A DNA stretch of 46,789 nucleotides from Pseudomonadota bacterium (lineage in GTDB: Bacteria; Myxococcota; Myxococcia; Myxococcales; Myxococcaceae): NCBI GenBank assembly GCA_009786315.1, contig WQTM01000232.1, positions 1 through 46,789 of the forward strand, read 5' to 3'. Positions 43,381-46,789 of the stretch are shown here, one piece after another; position 1 is the stretch's first letter; every line of letters begins with the position of its first letter. The notes under the pieces are model-generated. The model worked only from the letters and a program-made list of their open reading frames with translations, did no database searches and was not told the DNA's origin. The position numbers were made by a program, and so were the translations under genes.

Positions 43381-46167
43381 CTATTGCGCGGAGGATGGGT
43401 TTTTTGCGCCAGAAAGAATTGTTGTCAGCCCAAGGTGGGTCTCCAAACACTTTTCCAGCTTTTCACGTTCCCTGCTTCCATCTGTACGGAAGCGCATGAG
43501 CGGTATTCCGAGGGTTTCAAAAATGGCGTCTTTCAAGCTGTCCCTCTCTTTCTGTCTGCTGCCTTTTTTATGAAAGACGACGCCATCCACCTCCACACCG
43601 AGAACGGGAACATTCCCCAACTGATTGCAGATTAACAGGTCCACATGCGTTTTCTCATGTTCAGCATATTTTCTTTGCTCATCGCTAAGCTGGTCGCCGG
43701 TCCTGAGCAATTTTTTCAATGGATAATGCATAGTTACGGTGTACTTTTCATATTTTTCTTGCTGCAAAATTTCGCAGACAAGGTGATACATCAGGTTTTC
43801 GCTATCATATTTTGACGGGCGTCTTCTGTTTTTGAAAAATTCCTGGCGTTCCTCGGTGTAGCATTTGTATAAATAGTCAAAAACTGAGCGTATTTCGCTG
43901 TGTACAACACCCATTTTGTTGTATTCGATGTATTGGATGAGATCATTCATATTGGAATCGCTGGTGTCCTCATTGCCGTGCATGAGCAACACCATGTGGC
44001 GCTCGGCCCTGGAGACGGCCACATTAATTCGGTTGGCATTGTCGACAAATTCATTGTAGTTGTTAGAAACTGTAGAAAAAATAATGGTTTTGTGCTCCCG
44101 GCCCTGGAACTTATCCACAGTATCCGCTTTGATTTTTGTGCCGTCAAACTCTCGTTTGAGCACATCCGCCTGGTTCACAAAGGGTGCTGTAATACCAATA
44201 GAGTCCTTGTCCGGATCCAAATTGAGGTCGCGAAAAATTTCGTTTTCAATGACATCAACCTGCCGCTGATTCATATTTCCTTGTGCATGATTGCCTTTCA
44301 CTGTCCGATATAGCCAGAGGGGTTTTCTGTCGTCTTTTGGGTCGGGCTCGGTTAAAACAATCAATTGGTTTTTATAAAATTTTTTATTGCAGAATTCGAT
44401 GATTTTTGGGTGGCAGCGGTAGTGTTCTCGCAGTTGTGTTTTGGGGATGTCCGGGAACAATTTGGACAAGGAGCTCAGGAGGTTATGGGTGGCATAATGG
44501 TAGGCCTCCGGCAAGGAGAACTCCTGAAATATGCGATTTGATAGGGCGATGTGTTCGTTTTTGACGATGTTGGGGAGCTGTTTCAAATCGCCAACGATGA
44601 CAGCTTTTTTGGCGCAGGCGAGAGCCAGAGCGCCTGCGGTTAGGTTTATCTGAGACGCTTCGTCCATGATGAGCGTATCATACATGACATTTTCGGAGAG
44701 GCTGCTCCTGATGGAGAATGTGGTGCTCAGGATGACTGGGTAGTTTTGGGCAAAGGCATCGGAATTTTTCCAGAGGTCGTCGAGTGTATATGTCTTTCGT
44801 TGGAGAGCCTTATATTTTTTGTGGAGAAAGGCTTTGAAGAGTTTCATGGACCCTTCGGTGTACTCCTTCATTTTTTTATCGAAGGAAAAGTCGGAAAGGT
44901 CAGTGGATAATTGTGCTATGCGCTCTCGAAGTTCAGCGCATTTTTTTTCGTAAAAGTGTTTTTGACAGACCAGAGACATGCCTTCGAAGGAAAGGCTATA
45001 AAAGCCAGCATCAGCAAGGCCGAAGCGGAATAGATTTTTGATACGTTTCCAAAAGCCAAATTGCTTGTTGCGCTCGGCGGTGTCCTCACAGGTTAGCCAG
45101 AGCCAGAGGGCTTTCCTGGCATCTATTTTTCGAAAAGTTTTCAAAGGAGGAGCGGCGGCATAAGCATCGCCATAATATTGGGTATAGTGAAAAATTTCGA
45201 CTTCAAGGGCTTCCAGTTCCCGTTTTAGCAGGGACATGTTGTTTTTCTTTGCCAGTTTCTCTTCCAGGTTAACAAAACTCTTATGGAGCTCGCCTCGAAG
45301 CGCTTCTTCTTGCTCTGGACTCATATTCCAGTCCGACATGTCCGGCAGTTTTGGTTGGTTGGCGATAAAGGCGCTTTTGTTGTCTTTTTTTCCGAGAGGG
45401 GCTGCGATAAACCCCAACCCATACTTTTCAAGTTTCTCCAGCACATTTGCGGTGGCAGCATTGTTGTTAGAGACCACGGCAACGAGCTCGTTATTCATGA
45501 CGGCGTTGGCCACGAGGTTTAGGATGGTTTGGGTTTTACCCGTACCGGGTGGCCCCTCAATAAGTACCAAAGGATGGCGCATGGACTGCTCTACGGCGGC
45601 TTTCTGGCTGAGATTGAAGCTGAAAGGATAGATGGGTGTTGGTGGCTCGTTTGGCAGTTGCGAAGGCTGCTTCCCGTGCAAATAGGTTGCCAGCACGCTG
45701 TCCTCTCGGACAAAAGAAAGACGGTCATATTGCTTTTTCAGAAAGCTTTCGCTCTCATCGTCCGGGTCTTTTTTATCAACGCATTCTGTGGCAACTCGTT
45801 TTAAGTATTCCAGGCAATCGTTCGAACGTTGAGCCGTCAGGCAGCTTCGCACAAATTGCACCTCGCCTTTTCCAAAAACCTTGGGAGGTTTTGACGCTTC
45901 TTTGTATACAATACGAACATGCCGGTCAAAAACCAGGGCATATTGCATGTCAAAAAGGTATTTGCCGTCCTTGAAAACCTTGACTTGTTCCGGCAAAAGT
46001 TTTTCTGGGTTTTGGTATACTTCGACATTATTTTTATTGAATGGATAGGGTTTTGTAAAATCGCGCACAAAGACGATGATAACCCTGTCGCCGAAGGTGT
46101 TGCAGGAATGTATGTCCTGAGTTCTGTCCTCACCCCTGACAAAAATGAGATGTTTTTCTTGGTCCAT
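43381..46167 (-). CDS. SF1B (Upf1/DNA2-like, AAA_11/AAA_12) helicase fused to a C-terminal DUF2726/Vsr-like PD-(D/E)xK nuclease, with an unassigned N-terminal domain
   Basis: Helicase motifs GPPGTGKTQT, LIMDEASQ, VIVGDLKQLPN, EHYRCHPKIIEFCNKKFY, VDKFQGREHKTIIFS and INVAVSRAERH. C-terminus HVDLLIC...VLGVEVDGVVFH...RDSLKDAIFETLGIPLMRF. Start at the ATG at 46167; the ORF-track start at 46179 is TTG. AT-rich relative to its neighbours. Confidence 0.85.
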   Translation of the reverse strand: MDQEKHLIFVRGEDRTQDIHSCNTFGDRVIIVFVRDFTKPYPFNKNNVEVYQNPEKLLPEQVKVFKDGKYLFDMQYALVFDRHVRIVYKEASKPPKVFGKGEVQFVRSCLTAQRSNDCLEYLKRVATECVDKKDPDDESESFLKKQYDRLSFVREDSVLATYLHGKQPSQLPNEPPTPIYPFSFNLSQKAAVEQSMRHPLVLIEGPPGTGKTQTILNLVANAVMNNELVAVVSNNNAATANVLEKLEKYGLGFIAAPLGKKDNKSAFIANQPKLPDMSDWNMSPEQEEALRGELHKSFVNLEEKLAKKNNMSLLKRELEALEVEIFHYTQYYGDAYAAAPPLKTFRKIDARKALWLWLTCEDTAERNKQFGFWKRIKNLFRFGLADAGFYSLSFEGMSLVCQKHFYEKKCAELRERIAQLSTDLSDFSFDKKMKEYTEGSMKLFKAFLHKKYKALQRKTYTLDDLWKNSDAFAQNYPVILSTTFSIRSSLSENVMYDTLIMDEASQINLTAGALALACAKKAVIVGDLKQLPNIVKNEHIALSNRIFQEFSLPEAYHYATHNLLSSLSKLFPDIPKTQLREHYRCHPKIIEFCNKKFYKNQLIVLTEPDPKDDRKPLWLYRTVKGNHAQGNMNQRQVDVIENEIFRDLNLDPDKDSIGITAPFVNQADVLKREFDGTKIKADTVDKFQGREHKTIIFSTVSNNYNEFVDNANRINVAVSRAERHMVLLMHGNEDTSDSNMNDLIQYIEYNKMGVVHSEIRSVFDYLYKCYTEERQEFFKNRRRPSKYDSENLMYHLVCEILQQEKYEKYTVTMHYPLKKLLRTGDQLSDEQRKYAEHEKTHVDLLICNQLGNVPVLGVEVDGVVFHKKGSRQKERDSLKDAIFETLGIPLMRFRTDGSREREKLEKCLETHLGLTTILSGAKNPSSAQ

Positions 46168-46307
46168 AGCGCTCTGCAAAGCCCCTTTAAGTTGGACAAT
46201 AGGTTTTTCTTGGCCTTCCGTCCACTGCGCCTGTTTCCGAAATGGTTTTTGCTTTTCCGGCCCCGCAGAGCGCGCACAGTTTCTGAAAAAACTGGGAAGT
46301 GTGCACG

Positions 46308-46323
46308 CATAGCAGTTGCTATG
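46308..46323. promoter_or_regulatory. 16-bp palindrome CATAGCAGTTGCTATG upstream of the helicase-nuclease gene
   Basis: Read directly: CATAGCA / TGCTATG arms with a 2-nt centre. It lies about 140 bp upstream of the ATG at 46167 on the minus strand. Confidence 0.3.
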
Positions 46324-46606
46324 TCGCTATTGCTTTCAATAATTTTTGGGGGGTGAGGGGCAGAATGCACCCCTCAGCCGAGAAGAGAGCAACGCTTCAG
46401 CGTGTGCCTACAGGCAAAACCGCTGTTTTTGAAAATGGGGCGCACACGGCCAATTGCACTATTTGGGTTTTGCGTTCCCCACAATACATACACCTATTAG
46501 CAGCTTTCGCCCACGGGTGGCTATAATAGGACATTAGGAGCAAGGGCAGTCGGAAAACGGATAAAGTGTGTTTTTGGAGGTAGGATATGCACACCGTGGA
46601 GGGGGT

Positions 46607-46748
46607 CAGCTGACAATGTTTTTTTTGGGCCTGCGGCCCGGGCTTTTTTTGAAAACATTTCTTTTCGCCCTTCGGGCGTTGTTCTTTCCTGGGCCATGCG
46701 GCCCGCGCTTTTTCGCCCTCCGGGCATTTTGCCTCCGGCGGGGAACTT
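46607..46748. repeat. Right copy of the GC-hairpin repeat element, inverted relative to 1-265
   Basis: Reverse complement of 46713-46748 equals nt 1-36. GGGCCTGCGGCCCGGGC+T7 at 46627-46650, CGCCCTTCGGGCG at 46667-46679, and GGGCCATGCGGCCCGCGC+T5 at 46691-46713. On the plus strand these read as hairpin+T-tract modules. Confidence 0.85.
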
Positions 46749-46769
46749 TTTGCTCGCCCAAAAAGTTCC
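46742..46769. repeat. 10-bp-stem palindrome GGAACTTTTT-N8-AAAAAGTTCC at the outer edge of the repeat element
   Basis: Read directly. The window starts (AAGTTCC...) inside the equivalent hairpin of the left copy, so the left copy is truncated by the window edge. Confidence 0.7.
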
Positions 46770-46789
46770 TCAAAAACGGCTCCCTCCGG

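Noticed and set aside
33526-46179. Genomic island integrated at tRNA-Gly
   Set aside because: I found no direct repeat of the tRNA 3' end downstream and no integrase. Only the helicase-nuclease gene is compositionally deviant; the genes in between are GC-rich like, or more than, the core genes.
1-46789. Composite transposon or mobile island bounded by the inverted repeats
   Set aside because: The interior is dominated by single-copy housekeeping genes (metK, mutS, trpS, scpAB, murI). No transposase or integrase other than a Xer-type recombinase is present. A dispersed repeat that broke the assembly is the simpler explanation.

Overview
The window is 46.8 kb of bacterial chromosome, probably a whole contig, because both ends fall inside inverted copies of the same GC-hairpin repeat element. 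By inference only, the gene content suggests a Myxococcota/Bdellovibrionota-like organism: an FHA/GAF cyclase next to a Ser/Thr kinase, an AglZ/FrzS-like pseudo-receiver coiled-coil protein, and squalene synthase plus squalene epoxidase.

Most of the window is densely packed housekeeping genes:
- murI-uppP-metK-cysE
- cysK, mutS, ubiB-family, truD
- a long minus-strand string: TPR protein, tsaC, xerC/D, trpS, scpA, scpB, then a Fur-family regulator and a PAP2 phosphatase
- one tRNA-Gly(CCC) with a clean intrinsic terminator

Accessory-looking content:
1. An AT-rich, isolated 928-aa SF1B helicase fused to a DUF2726/Vsr-like nuclease at the right edge. This is my best candidate for an undescribed single-gene defence module.
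2. A squalene synthase / squalene epoxidase divergent pair wedged between cysE and cysK, suggesting bacterial sterol entry steps.
3. A 1321-aa LplT-PlsC-carrier-AMP-ligase fusion followed by DUF2079 (GT-C-like) and GT2-GtrA genes.
4. A TPR/coiled-coil protein ending in a HEPN-like LRDPSAHG motif.
5. Non-coding structure: 63-bp tandem units built from two hairpin+U-tract modules, an 8-unit 11-bp phased CTGTG array upstream of the tRNA, CGCGCAAAAA repeats in the sqs/sqe promoter region, and perfect palindromes upstream of the Fur-family gene and the helicase.

The ORF track renders GTG/TTG starts as M, so several starts were re-picked by hand. All family calls rest on motifs read by eye. No database search or computation was run.
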